Counted from the first letter of the stretch, positions 39,696 through 52,790 are shown. The stretch is 64,000 bases of DNA from Paraspadella gotoi (GCA_051294375.1 CM119263.1:28972079-29036078), one strand, 5' to 3'. A program made the numbers and translations. Notes: a model not told the origin generated them from the letters alone.

Positions 39696-42600
39696 TCACG
39701 CCTTCGGCTTATTAATCATCCAACACTTCATGGGCGTGGCCTTTCCCTTCATGGCGATTTCCCCGCGAAATTCAAATTCAAAGTCGGATCTTTTATTTGT
39801 GGAAGTTGGCATTCGGAGACGTCGAGATCCTTTTGCCCCGTGAGGGCGTAGTAGGTTGTCTCCGAAACGTTTACGCGGCCGGTGATTCCTGAGATTTGAT
39901 GAGGGGGGGGGAACGAATAATCCGAGGTGAGGTCAGTTCGTTATTAGGAGGAAACTTTTAGTAGAAAGTCTCGCTAAAATTCACGGCTTACTAATCGTTA
40001 CTAATATGAAATTATTACAAAAAATTCCAATTTGTCTATTCATTCTATAAATAAGCAATCTTGCCCCTGATTTAGAGCAAGCTATTGTGGGTCGAGGGCT
40101 CCATCCCGCTTACAAGAGAATAACATAGCAGCACGCNNNNNNNNNNAAAATTCCAATTTGTCTATTCATTCTATAAATGACTTAGGGCAAGCTATTGTGG
40201 GTTACAAGAGAATAACATAGCAACACGCTGCAAATTTTTAATAAAGTGTCTCTCACAGCCTAATTTATTAACCTGGTACATATCTCATTATTTATTTTCC
40301 TCAATTTATTATGAAATTGGTACAACCAATATAAAAATTATCCATTCTTTTAATAAATAAGCTATCTTGCCCCTGACTTTGGACAGGCTTTGGTGGTTTA
40401 AGGCCTCCATCACTCTTACAAGATAATTACATAGCAGGTCCCTGCAAGCTTTCAATCAAGACTCTCTCACAGTCCCGTTTATTCACTCCCAGAGTACCCG
40501 GCTTCCCTATCAATGAATCAATAATTAATTAATTAATAGAATAATAAATTACAACTAAAACATGTTTATTTTATTTAAGATTCGACCCGCGACTAAAATA
40601 AAGACTCTAGATTGACTGGTGGCGACGACTTACGACCACTTCTGAGAAAAAGAATAAATAAATCGAACAAATGTTGAACCTTCGCACGTGATCTCTTCAC
40701 GGGAACTTGTTTGTGATTTAAAAAAAAAAAGATTTCTCGTAGACGCTTTTTGTCATTTCTGACATTTCTGTCATTTCATTTTGTCACTTTTGACGTTTTT
40801 TCTTTCGTTGACAAAAGCGAAAGAATTGAAGACGCGACTCGAGCAAAGATTTCCAAGTCAGGAGACGAAATTATTCATTTCCATTTTTTTATTTGATTTT
40901 TTTTTGTTAAAGTTATTGATTGTGATTTAATTGTTAACCGGGCGTGGGTAATTTTTTTGTTTGTAATTCACTGGCAAATTTAGTGATTAATATTTAATAC
41001 TAAATATTTAATGCTTAATTTTTAATATTTATTATCCATATCCATATCCATTAGTCCCTTTTGATTATACCTGTAGTTTCGGTTCGACTCGCCAGGTTGA
41101 CCGTGTTTCCGAAGAGACAATAGCGCGGAACTCTGTTCCCGATCACTCCGGACACGACCTAGATTCAAAATGGCGACCACGGGAGAATTAAAACAAGAGT
41201 TAATTAATCATAATCCAATAATATCGACCTTAATTAATTTAGATTAAAAGTCTGCACTCCATATGTATGTGAATAAGGCGCTTCATGTACCTCTCCCGTG
41301 TGAATTCCAATAGTGATGGTGATGTGAATGCCGTCCTCCTCCAGCATTCTCTCCCTCTCCTCGTTCACCTCCATCATGTCCAGCGCCAATTGACAGATGC
41401 ATCTGGCGTGATCCTCCAAAGGGTCAGGCACGCCGCTCACAACCATGTACTTGTCCCCGATTGTTTCGACTTTGTAGACCTGAAGTGGGAGAGGCTTTGA
41501 TTTCCTCCGATTAGCTTTGCTTTGCTTTGCTTTGCTTTGCTTTGTTTGCTTCACTAAGGTTGGCTTTGCTTTGCTTTCCTTTGCTTTGTCTTCCTCTGCT
41601 TTAAATAACTTTTGCATTTGATTTTGATTTGCTTTGCTTTCCGAATTTTTATTTTCCTTTGCTTTACTTTAATTTCTTTGTCTTGCCATGCTTTTCTTTC
41701 CCTATGCCCGTCTCCCCCCATCTCTCTTTCTTTCTCCTTCTCTCTCTCTCTCCCTCTCTCTCTCGCCTTGGGATTGACGGCCTTGTCCGTCAGTTTGTCG
41801 AATCTGACATAGATGTCGTTAAGGAGATCCACGATCCTCATTGGTTCCCCCGCGTATTTGGCGCAAATGCTGGTGAAGCCCGCGATTCCACTGGACAGAA
41901 AAAAATTGGAAGAAGGGCGGTTGAAGGTATTTCATCGGAAACGAATGGTCGAGTTGCGTATACATAGTCTAGAGTGCTATTTGTGAAATACAGTTTGCGT
42001 TTATTTAGTGGTTAATTACTGAATTTTTTCCACTCTGGGTCCCCGATTTAAAAAAAAAACTAGGAAGATAACCAAAACCATCCGCGACCCAACACCAAAA
42101 ATAGTTAAGACTCGGGCTAATTTTGGACCGATTCGATCGTATAACATTCTCTGATGAATTAAATATAAATTTAAAACTGCGTTACTTTATAGATAACACT
42201 GCAATATGCAAATTACATTAAGACCATGATCATAACACTTTTGTCAAAAAAAAACAGTTTCAACCTGAACATAATAGTGGCGCTCTCGTATTTCCTGGGG
42301 TTGACGGGTCGATTGTGCCTCAGCTCGTTGGCGACGGACGGCGGAAGCACCGAATAGAGAAGCCTGTCCGTTTTCTTCTTTTCGTCCTCCAAGAGTCTGT
42401 ATGTGTACTGAAGTTTGTCTGTCAGAATCTCCAAATCTTTGGCCAGTTCGTACTCCTGAAGGGGATAGAAGTCGTGTACAATGTGTACAGTGACGGATTG
42501 TCTCCAATATGTAATTGTTTACTTTGTAATTTGTATAACTGACGCCGATAATTCAAACCATATCTACTAGGTATAATTTCGATTTAACAGTAAACGATGA

Positions 42601-45330
42601 GAGAAAGTTTGTAGAGTAAATTCCAAAGTAAGATTTGTTTAACCAACAATCATTTTTCTTATCAATTTCATTTCACTAATCAGCCTCCTAAATATGAATG
42701 TTTGTCTAATCTCCCGACTACTAATTTAAGAGTTAAATACAATGCCGTATTCGTTACATTTACAATATTGAATTTGAAAACCGTCAACTTAGACGATATA
42801 GCCAATCTGAATCTCACTTGCGAGAACTTTTCTGACAACAGCAGCAAATCCCTCGTAGCGTCGTGCAACGGGATGTCACTCAGATAGAGGCCGTTGCGCG
42901 CCATGTCGTCAAGGTTGGTCACGTTGGGTGAACAGAGGAACAGGATCAGGTCAGACTCGGCCACGTGAACCATTTGGCCTGAAAATAAGGAAGAGAGCAC
43001 TGAGCGGATCAATCTGCCGTAAGATAGGCGGGACTCAGAACTTTGTTACCCAAAGTTTTTTCTCAAACAATATTGCACCTCATTTACTAAAATTCCTTTT
43101 TGATTGCCTTATTAATAATACACCAACTTTCGCCCCCTTCCCACAAAATCTTTAACTCTAAATTTCATCTATCCATCTACTATAGCTGCCTTGCCACTAA
43201 ACACCACCGGTACACATAGCCAACCTTACTAACTCAACTTTAATTAAATCTCGATTCTTTCTAACCTTTCCTCTCACCCCCATTCACCCTCATTCATCCT
43301 TCTGCCCTTTACACTATTTTCTCCCAACACCATTCCGCCTTCTTCCCAACTTACTCACCCAAACCCCTTTAACCTCACCCCAAACCTTACCGTTGAGTCT
43401 AAACCCCACCCCCAGCCTTACCTATGAGTCTAAATCCCACCCCCAGCCTTACCTTTGAGTCTAAACCCCACCCCCAGCCTTACCTTTGAGTCTAACGGTG
43501 GCGACTTCCGACGAAAAGTCTAGAGGCGCCGTCCCGAAGTCGTAAGGAGAGATGGAAACGTCAGAGGATCGACGCGAGGGACATTCGGAGGCGGCGCGAG
43601 GTTTCATGCGGAGGACGTAGATGGTGTTGATGTGGGAAAGGATGGCCTTGATGGGGATGGAGATTGTGGAGGTGGTTTGGGGTGATTGGGGAAAAGGAGC
43701 GGGGATAAATTTGGGAGAGAAGGGATTCGATGAGTAGGAGGGAGTAAATGGACAATGGAAAGGGGAAAAAAAAAGAAGGGAACGGAACGAGAAGAGAGAA
43801 TAACAATGAAGACTAACAGAATGGGGTGAGTATCGAAGTGTATCTAACTGGGGGGGGGGCGTTGAAAAAAAAATAATGTCGTTACAACGAAAACAACGTT
43901 TTTATTTCTGTTTATTAAGTCAAAAAATGAGTAGAATTCCCCTCTAATTTCAACTCACATTTTGTTAATTTTCTAACCAGTTTAGGTTTGTAGATGTAAA
44001 CGTAGACGATATTGTAAATGATTTGAATCAGAGATAATTTTCCGCAATGTATTTTTAAATTAAATGTAAATGAAATGAAGTTTTAAAAAAATAAGTTGTT
44101 TTGTTCTTTAAACGTCATCACAAGCTCAGGAAGTATAATGACTTAACGAGTATAAGATTTATTTTCAATATGAGAAATACTGTGCCATATATTTCAGCAT
44201 AAATTTCTATGCCATCATCGGTGGTAAAGAATTAACAAACTGTCATATTGTCATATTGAAAATAAATCTTATACTCAAAGTTGTTTTGTTGTTGTCTTGT
44301 TTTATTGAATAAGTTAGAAATGAAAAAAACGTCGACAGTTTCTGGTATCCTTAAAAAATTTGAGTTCAAAACTGTGAAAATGTGAGGACGACGCCGGCAT
44401 TTATTTCCTTTCTCACATTTGTGTCTCCGCTTAAAAAAAAAAAGGACAACGCAACCACCCCTCCGCCGCTCCACACTCCACCCGCCCTCCACCTGAAATG
44501 ACAATTGCCCGTGAGGCCGAATCATCTCGAAGAAGTCGGTGAGGAGGGCGTCTTCGTCGACGCCAAAGTTGAGGAGTCGAGCGAGCGACGTCCCCATCTG
44601 GTGGATGCACATCTCGCGGTCGAACATAATGTGGAAGGGAAAGGCCGAGCAGAAGGACTCGGGGCTTTAAGGGGGGGGTTGGAGAAGGCAGATGGGATTG
44701 GATGGAAGGGGGTATATTATGTATTTATATTATATCATAATAGAAAAGGGGTCTCAGCAGACTGAGATAGACGGACATTCAAACAGCCAACCAGAGAAAT
44801 TGACAAATGGAGGGATTCACTGATGATAGGGTTTCTGTCTCTTACAAACAGACAGTTGGACAGGTTACTTGGTAAGGGAGTCACAGAACAAACGTTCCTG
44901 TCGATAACACCAATAAACAGACATATGAACAAAAAACAAAACAGACTGTAAAGACAGAATGACTCACAGATAGACAAAAAAACCGACGGTGGAACGGGCA
45001 CATAATAATTGGTTTCCCAGTTCTGTTTCAAAGAAAAGAGACAAAGAGACCGAGAGACAGGCAGGCCTACAGTCAGACGGTCACCTGATAAGAGGTTCCG
45101 TCTCGAATCCCATCTCGTCTTGATCGTCTTCGTCACTCTCTGCAACGAGTCGTCCACCGTCCGCCCTTTTGTTCTTAATCTCAAACTGAACGTGATCAGA
45201 ATCAGGCAGACTCTTTTCTTGAATCACGCGGACGTCTACCTCCGTGTTGTGCAGGCGTTGAGCGACAGTCTTCACCTGGAGAGGAAAGGAGGACAATGGC
45301 TGGAATTGGTTTTCTCTTTTTCTTTGCTTT

Positions 45331-45364
<34 letters not shown>

Positions 45365-47118
45365 TCACCAGTCCCATAACGATCGGTTCCAACCCTTCCC
45401 TGTCCGAATAGTAATGGAGGATAACCGAGCCGTCCTTCTCGGTGCATCTGAAGGAGGGCGCCCGCATCCCGGGATAGATGGTGGCCAAGTGGTCGTGCAG
45501 AGCGTCGAGGTTCTCCAAGAATTCTCGGGTGGATGACCCCAACACCTAGATTGTAGAAAGATTTTTTTTTATTAATACCAATAACAGTAATAACATAATG
45601 AAAAAACAGTGACAGCGTAAAAGACTGGAAAACGATGAACATGTAAAAACTAAACTACTAAATCTAAACAAAATCATGCCTTTTTTTTTAAAACGTATTA
45701 GTATAAATAACAAATAAAAACTATTTTTGTTAAAAACCTTTCACGGCGCTTCCCGAAACCTCATTAACGATGTTAAGTTATTGGTATTATTCTCAATTTC
45801 CCCTCGATCTCCTCTACGTTATAAATATGATTCTCAAAATTCCTCCGCGCTCCTTCGATCGCGCCTCGCGTGCCTCTTCCTCTTCCTCCTCCTTATCTTC
45901 TCCATATTCCTCCTCTTCTTCCTCCTTTTCCTCCTTTCCTCCGCGGACGCTGCTCGTGCCTCCATGGCATTCAGTTTTCTGCTTTCCTCTCGATCGCACC
46001 TCCGTTCCTCCGATTATTATTTTTAGTGTTTATTTGGTTACCTTGGAGATCCGAGGGTCATACAAGTAGGTTATTAAATAGTTAGTAAATATTTAATCGA
46101 ATTCTTACTGTTTATATTAAATAGCTTAGCTAATTATTATAAATTGCTCGATTGCTAGTTATTGATTTAATCGTTTTTGCTTCAGGCTTTTCAACCCTAC
46201 TCCTCATCGCTTTTTTGTACCTTTACTCTACTACATTAATACAATACAATGGTTAAAAGCATTCCCTCGACTTCATTTCCTTAGATATTATTCACTTAGC
46301 ACTCGAAAAGTCTCCACCTCACGGTATTTTCGTGACAATTTTAATTGTAGAAAAAATTTTCCAAGGGGAAATAACCACTTACTTAAATAACCAGAAAGAA
46401 TATCTTCCTCAATTAGTTAATATTTTATTAGGTAATATTTTAACATTTCTACTTTTCAGGTTGATCAATAGATAGCTAAAAATTTAGACAATATTGTTTT
46501 TCTTTTTGGTTTGCGTTTTCTTTTTCTTTGGGCACCCGATAGAAAAATCATTCATCGCCCAACCGCTATATAAATTTATAAATTTACTTCAATATGCAAA
46601 TGATATTAAACAATCAACCCATACCAACGCAGTTCACCTGCAAGATGGTGTTGTATCCGCTCTCCTCTGTAAACTCGAAGAAAAATTGACCAAAGAGTTC
46701 GAGGATGGCTCCGGCGTCAATCTCAAGGACTTTGGAGGCTGCGGCGACCAGATCGTAGGTAACCTGCGTCGAAGGGTTGGAGGCGGTTGGTGTGGGGAAA
46801 ATTAAGTCGACGTTGCAGTGACTCAGACTCTAAACTTTTCGAAACTGAAACCCTTGACTATAAAATAATATTTTTGCTGTGTCATTTTTGGATTTTAATT
46901 TCTGAATCCGTAAAAATTCACATCTTTATATATGATTTTATTTTAGAGATTTCCCCCCACTATCCCAGAGACGGACTTACCTTGTCCTCGTAGATGCAGC
47001 GCGTGACGAAGTGTCCCTCCAACTCGCAGGCCGCCTCCTCCTTGATTCGCTCCCACGTCTCCTCGCCAAAGTTGCGGAGGACGAGGAGTTCGAGAGCGTG
47101 GTTGACGAAGCCGTACAT
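39696..47118 (-). CDS. GUCY1B1: Soluble guanylate cyclase beta-1 subunit (H-NOX, PAS/HNOBA, coiled coil, cyclase), ~637 aa, 12 exons
   Basis: Exons 46981-47118, 46638-46763, 45369-45545, 45085-45275, 44493-44664, 43484-43646, 42818-42978, 42265-42455, 41767-41890, 41291-41479, 41071-41158, 39696-39888. Motifs: [22 protein letters not shown] (His105), HYYSDREG (YxSxR), [53 protein letters not shown] lacks the first metal-binding Asp, as in beta-1 subunits. The last exon needs a 1-nt correction. Confidence 0.95.
40300..40470 (+). mobile_element. Short interspersed non-coding repeat; best-preserved copy of a family
   Basis: tggtacaaccaatataaaaattatccattc...aataagctatcttgcccctgactttggacaggc recurs at ~51635-51740 (same strand), ~19945-20000 and ~9080-9102 (reverse), and in diverged form at ~40050-40135. 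Confidence 0.6.
41514..41670. repeat. (CTTTG)n degenerate pentanucleotide microsatellite in the GC-AG intron of sGC
   Basis: ctttgctttgctttg runs. Confidence 0.8.
43385..43495. repeat. 31-bp tandem repeat (about 3.6 copies) spanning the sGC exon-6 end and its 5' splice site
   Basis: Unit ccttacctttgagtctaaaccccacccccag with minor variants. Confidence 0.9.
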
Positions 47119-47139
47119 GATGTCGGAGGAGTTGGAGGA

Positions 47140-47320
47140 AAGATCGGCGATTGGAGATTTGGATTGTTGATTGAGATCGCTGATTGGTGATTTGGATTGA
47201 TTGAGATCGCTGATTGGTGATTAGGATTGTTGATTGAGATCGGCGATTGGTGATTTGGATTGATTGAGATCGCTGATTGGTGATTAGGATTGTTGTCTGA
47301 GATCGGTGATTGGTCGGATT
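47140..47320. repeat. 27-30-bp minisatellite with six CCAAT motifs just upstream of the sGC start codon
   Basis: Unit about ggattg(ttg)attgagatcgctgattggtgattt; ATTGG occurs six times. Confidence 0.85.
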
Positions 47321-47585
47321 CTGCGGAGATCGTCTTCAAGCTGTTAGAGGGGGTTTCTAAGATCGAATCCTGATCCTGAGTTGGTTTTTTTTTTCGATCG
47401 CGATTTTCAATCCGTGATATTATTTCTTTTTAGTTAAAATTCTAAGAATTAAAAAAAGTGCGATTCTACAAAAGACATGAAAAAAATGTTGGTTTTTTTT
47501 TCTTTTTGTTTTTTTTTAATTTCGGAGAGAACAATCGAGGAATGCGAAGCCAGGGGGCGATGGGGTATGAGTGAGAGAGAGAGAG

Positions 47586-47637
<52 letters not shown>

Positions 47638-49002
47638 CGATCACAATTCACGAGATGGACAGAAAAAGATAATAATGACTGAGTGAAATTTTAATTTTTT
47701 AAATTTTGAATTAATCATTTTGTCTAAAAAATAAAAATGTATATCTGACGATTGAGAAGTAAAACTTGATTTAATTAATGACTTTTGACGTTGTCATTTG
47801 AAATAAAACATTTTATTTAGTTATATGTCAAATTTGAAGTTAATTTTTTCCAAAGCTGAAAATGGAGAGAGACTACGTCGAATAATGTTTATGGCCAACA
47901 ACTATTTTATAAATACAAAAAAAAACAATAATTTAAGCTAATTTCAGGCATGTTTTTGCACATAGCTGAAACTGAAAGAAACTAGATCATAAAGAAAAAG
48001 GCACGTTTAAATAGATCAACTATAGAGAAATAATATCAAGCCAGTGTACTCTAGTTTTCTCCACAATTTGCGTAATGTTATTTTTTTGGTCCGTTTCTTC
48101 TAAAAACGATTTTCTACGTCTATTAAGCAACGATTATTTTCAGACGAGACAAATTTATTCCAAAAAAAAAAGCACCATTTTTAGACAAAAGTTATAGAAA
48201 GAGCAAAAGTCAAGCGCCCTATGTACATCTCATTTAATTTTAAATCTCCAACAATGTACTCTGACTCAAATCGACGTTTGTTTTTAAAACAAAACAAAAA
48301 AAGTTAAAAACAATAAGAAAACNNNNNNNNNNTTAAAAACAATAAGAAAACAAAAGTTTACTAACATCGACGACGGACGAGATTGAATGAAAAGGAGAAA
48401 CCCAGATTATCCACAAACAAAATAATAATAATTATAATTAAAACAAATCTACTGAGACGGAGATAATGAATACTTGGACAAACTCTTCCTTCGATACGAA
48501 AACTTTTTTTTTTTTTGAACGATTAGTTTAAACATCAATTATTAAAAAGTGAAAATTATATAAACCACGGCGAGAGAGAAAAAAAAACGCTAGTTACGTA
48601 GTACAGCTAATAAATCCTATACAAATTAAACAGGGACGTTGCTGCCTAACATCGGTTGATTTATTGGGTAAGTTCGTACAAAACGTCGTACTTATTCAAG
48701 CGGATTTGCCGGTAAAATTGGTAAGTTAAAAAAAAACAACCGAAAACCCAAAAAATGTAAGGAAAAACGATAAATCAAAATGAAATGAAATTTAAAAGAA
48801 ATTGCAATCACTGAGAGAATGTGCGAAAATTAACACGCAACGCTGATGGCAACGATGCGTGAAATTTCACGAGATGCTATCTGATGTTGAATTAAACCTA
48901 AGAGTTAAAAGCAAAAACAGTCTTTAAAAATAATTAGAAAAAAACTAAAACTTATCTCTACATTATTGATACTCATTACTTAAGTATTTACGAACGGGGA
49001 AC

Positions 49003-49098
<96 letters not shown>

Positions 49099-49123
49099 CG
49101 ATTCAATGCATGGTCCCACCGAT

Positions 49124-51987
49124 TCAAATATCGTAGTAGTGCCAAAACTTAAGGTAGTACAGCAGCTTCTTGGGCAACTTGAGTTTGTCCAGATCGGACA
49201 TGGTCCGGCAGCACCGTAGGATGGTGATCCGGCACCGGTACTGCAGGTCGAGCGGGATGGGCAGCTGGTAGACCTTGACCTTTTTGACGATGGCGCCGTC
49301 CAAGTCCTTGTTGGTCTCCAGTAGCGCCATCTGCGTCCCGCATTCGCTGAACATCGGGAACATGTTGATGTAGCAGACGCGGATGTTGAAGACCCTGAGG
49401 GAGATGGTGTGAAGGCGGTTGAGGTTGTTGGAGTCGAAGAGGGCGATCTTGACCTCCGGGTTGTTGCGGTCAACGTAGTAACCGATTTTCTCAACGCAGA
49501 CCGCAATGAAGTGGCCGTCCTTGCTGTGGGATGTGAAAGAAAGGGCCGGGGTGAAGAAACGCGATTTGCTTCATGTTTATTGTTTAATAAACTTTAAATT
49601 TTTGAAATAAAATAGTTCACATCGTTCGAGCACTTTTTTATCCATTGACATAAGTTCGTGAAACCAGAAAAAAAATCCGATTTTTTAAAATTTACTATTA
49701 ACGGTAAGACATATTTCTCCAAAGTCTAAATTAATTATGAACAATGGGCCTAAAAGCTGTATGTATTGAACTTTAAATTATTTAGTTAAAACTGTTTTAA
49801 TGTCACATTCAACTTTTAAATTGTTTAGACGAAAATTCATCATATCTATAATTTCGCAAATTGATCGATCGACCGACCGACCAAAATAAGGTTACTTAAG
49901 AGTGACATCTGCCTGCGCAAAAAAAAAGACCCAATTAACAAAAGAGCATCCCCTCAACTCGTATCTTCCCCCCCCCTCCAGCTGCCCCGCTGACCTAAAA
50001 TTGCACCGCATGAATTTTTCTCCCGAATGAGACAAATACGATTCTACGGATCGAAGAATCTTCTTCGTCTTCAAATCGTAGATGCAGAGGCGATAATTGA
50101 GGTCGTCGTAGTTGTACTGCAACGTAGCGATGCGCGTGAGAAAGTAGCGCGGATCGAACGAGAGCGAGGGAGCGATGCGTCCCGGCGAGATCGTGTCGAA
50201 CGTCTCGACGAACTGATACTTCATCACCGAAGGCTTCGCGGCGGAGGAGGAGGAGGCGAAGGAGGAGGCGAACGAGGCCGAGAACGACGACGACAACGAC
50301 GACGACAACGACGTCGCCGCCGGATTGTTGCCCAGCGAGTAGCCCACGCCCCCGTTGTAGTTGTTGTTGACGCAGTTGTTGTTGTTGAACTGTCCGTAGA
50401 ATCCGTTGAGACTGTTGACGAGTCCCGAGTCCGTCCGATGAATTTGCGACATGAAGACGAATATCTTCGCTTTGAAGTGATAGAGGTTATACTGAGTGCA
50501 GAGGAAGAGCAGTTTGGATCGATCCGGGCTCACGTGACAACTCTTCACGATGTAGCCCGAGTGGATCTTGGAGTGGAACTCGACGATGCCCACGCAGCGC
50601 TGCTCAGCCGTGTCGAAGATAGCGTAGAGCGACTCGTTGGGAGCGTTCTCGAATTTGGAGAACCGCAGCACCGCGTAGACGTCGGAGAAGTTGAGGACGC
50701 ACTCGAACTTGTAGCCGGAGCGGGAGGAGAGCTGGAACACGTCCGAACAATCGTACCGTTCCTTCTTCGTCTCGCTGTGGCGTTTGACTTGCACCTTGAG
50801 AGGGCGGAATAAAGGTAATGGGTTGGTAAGGGTTAAGTAAGGGTAAGGGTTGGCCGGGAGGGAAGAGGAAAAGCGTTAAACTCCAAAAGAAGTCTTTTAT
50901 TAACTTTGTTACGTAATATTACTGAGCCTGTACAATGTACATTTAACTTAGAGAGCTGTTCTTTGTAACAAAGTCACATATTAGCATTGAAGTGAAGTGA
51001 ACTTTTTTCTCCAAGAAGTATAATATTCCCCATTACGGTAATATTGATTAGTATAGATTATAATACAGATTAGCTTACTTGTGGATAGCTGACTTCATCT
51101 TGCATACAGTCTAACAAGTGACCGTGATAAGACTTGCTGCAAAATGTGTTGCTGTTGAAGCCGTGAAATTCTGGTGATGAAAAAGGTTATGTTTTCAGTC
51201 TTCTGCTGTGTATTTAACACATTTTATTTATAGAAAACGATAAATTCATTTAATATAATTTACTACTTATTATAGTATCGTTTAAATTGCTGTTATTAGG
51301 GGGTTTTTATGAAGATTAAAAAATTAAAATGGCGAAAAAAGATGTTTTGATGTTTTTTATTCAAACGGAAACAAAAAGTAGTCGTTGTACTATAATTTAA
51401 AAGTAAATAGGCTTGTAGTTATTAGCCTTGAAAAATAATTTTGCAGCCTTGATAATTTTGTAAAGAAATCGTTAATGCTGATAAAATATATGGGTGAGCT
51501 GCTTAGTTTCTCTCGCGTGAAAGTCATTAGGTCATTTTCAGTGCTGTATGTCTTTAAAAAGGAAAAAAAGATTAGTATCTCTGAATGCTGCCACGAAAGT
51601 CATTTGACATCATTTCCGAGAAATTCTCCTTTATTTGGTAGAACCAATATAAAAATTATCCATTCATTTAATAAATAAGCTATCTTGCCCCAGAGTTTGG
51701 ACAAGATTTGGTGGTTTAATGCCTCCATCACTCTCACTCTTAATGACATAGCATTAGCAAATTAGTAAATTATTCTTAAGCATTTAACTCATTTTTTGTC
51801 ATCAAAATCTTTTACTAGAATTTTCTTTCGCTTCCCCTCCCTCACCGGCAATTTTCTCCCAGTCTTCCAAGGGGGTTTCATAGATAATGGACCAGGGTTT
51901 CCCGACTTCGGGGAAGGCACGTTCCAATTCCTCTGGGTCATCGTCGAGTGTTTGTTTGTGACATTTTCCCACTTGTTGGTTTCCCAT
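49124..51987 (-). CDS. SOCS-box protein with probable beta-propeller body (~444 aa), 3 coding exons
   Basis: Exons 51846-51987 (tentative), 49995-50787 or 50794, and 49124-49523. The C-terminus PLDLQYRCRITILRCCRTMSDLDKLKLPKKLLYYLKF is a SOCS box (BC box plus cullin box). Propeller-like motifs: HVSPDRSKLLF, LSFDPR, FSKDGHFIAV, FSECGTQMAL. Confidence 0.8.
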
Positions 51988-52790
51988 CCTCACTGCGAAA
52001 ATGGAGAAAAGGAAAAAAGGGTGAAGAAATCTGGGGATCGGCAGAATTAAAAATATTGTTAAAAAGAATTTATATTAAGCAATTGAAACATAAAAGTCGA
52101 AAGTTGACCTTTGAGAAACAATTTCCTTTTTTAAATGAGGTGGTTTATTTAATGGTGTCGAATGAAGTAAAATAAAATAAAAATAAAATTCAACGATAGT
52201 AATAGTATCAAGAAGCATTTTTAATTGATTTCATGTGCTCAGGTCCGAGAAATAAATAACGTTGGTAATAGTATACTAACACTTACACACTCTCCCGTTT
52301 AAAAAAATATTTCGCCAAAATTCCACGACCCTGACCAAAATGAGTTTTCCAATTTTCCTTTTCACATCACTCATTCTCCCAACGAGCCCCCCAACCGCCC
52401 CTTTCTCCTTGAAACGACCTTGACGAGGCGTTCCGCCCTTGACAGACCTTCGGCGCGCCTCGAAGCGGCGTCGAAATGAGCGCCGTCCTTGCCCGCGGCG
52501 TCGCTCTCTTCGGATTTTCCTCGATGATCCGTCGCCGTCGTTTCTCGCGCTGCGGGATGGGAATTTTCTGAAAATTCTTTATTTTTAAAAGGGAGATAGA
52601 GAGCGAGACGTTGGATTTAGGGAACGGAGAAAAGGTGAGGTTGTGAGAAACAGTGGCGTTGTGTGACGCTTCACTTCCGGTTTCGTTCGCCTCAATCGAC
52701 GACGCCCAAAAATTCAAGGTTTTTTTTTCCTCTTTTAAATTCTACTCGTTATTTTCTGTCAGCGAATCTTCGCCATTTCGGACGGGTTGC

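Noticed and set aside
39750-39840. Programmed -1 frameshift or micro-intron in the last sGC exon
   Set aside because: There is no X XXY YYZ slippery site in frame, and the one 31-nt GT-AG candidate I tested creates a stop. A similar indel near 63690 points to assembly error.
40021-40228. Direct repeats either side of 10-N gaps (also 48304-48351)
   Set aside because: Contig-end or haplotype overlap across a placeholder gap.
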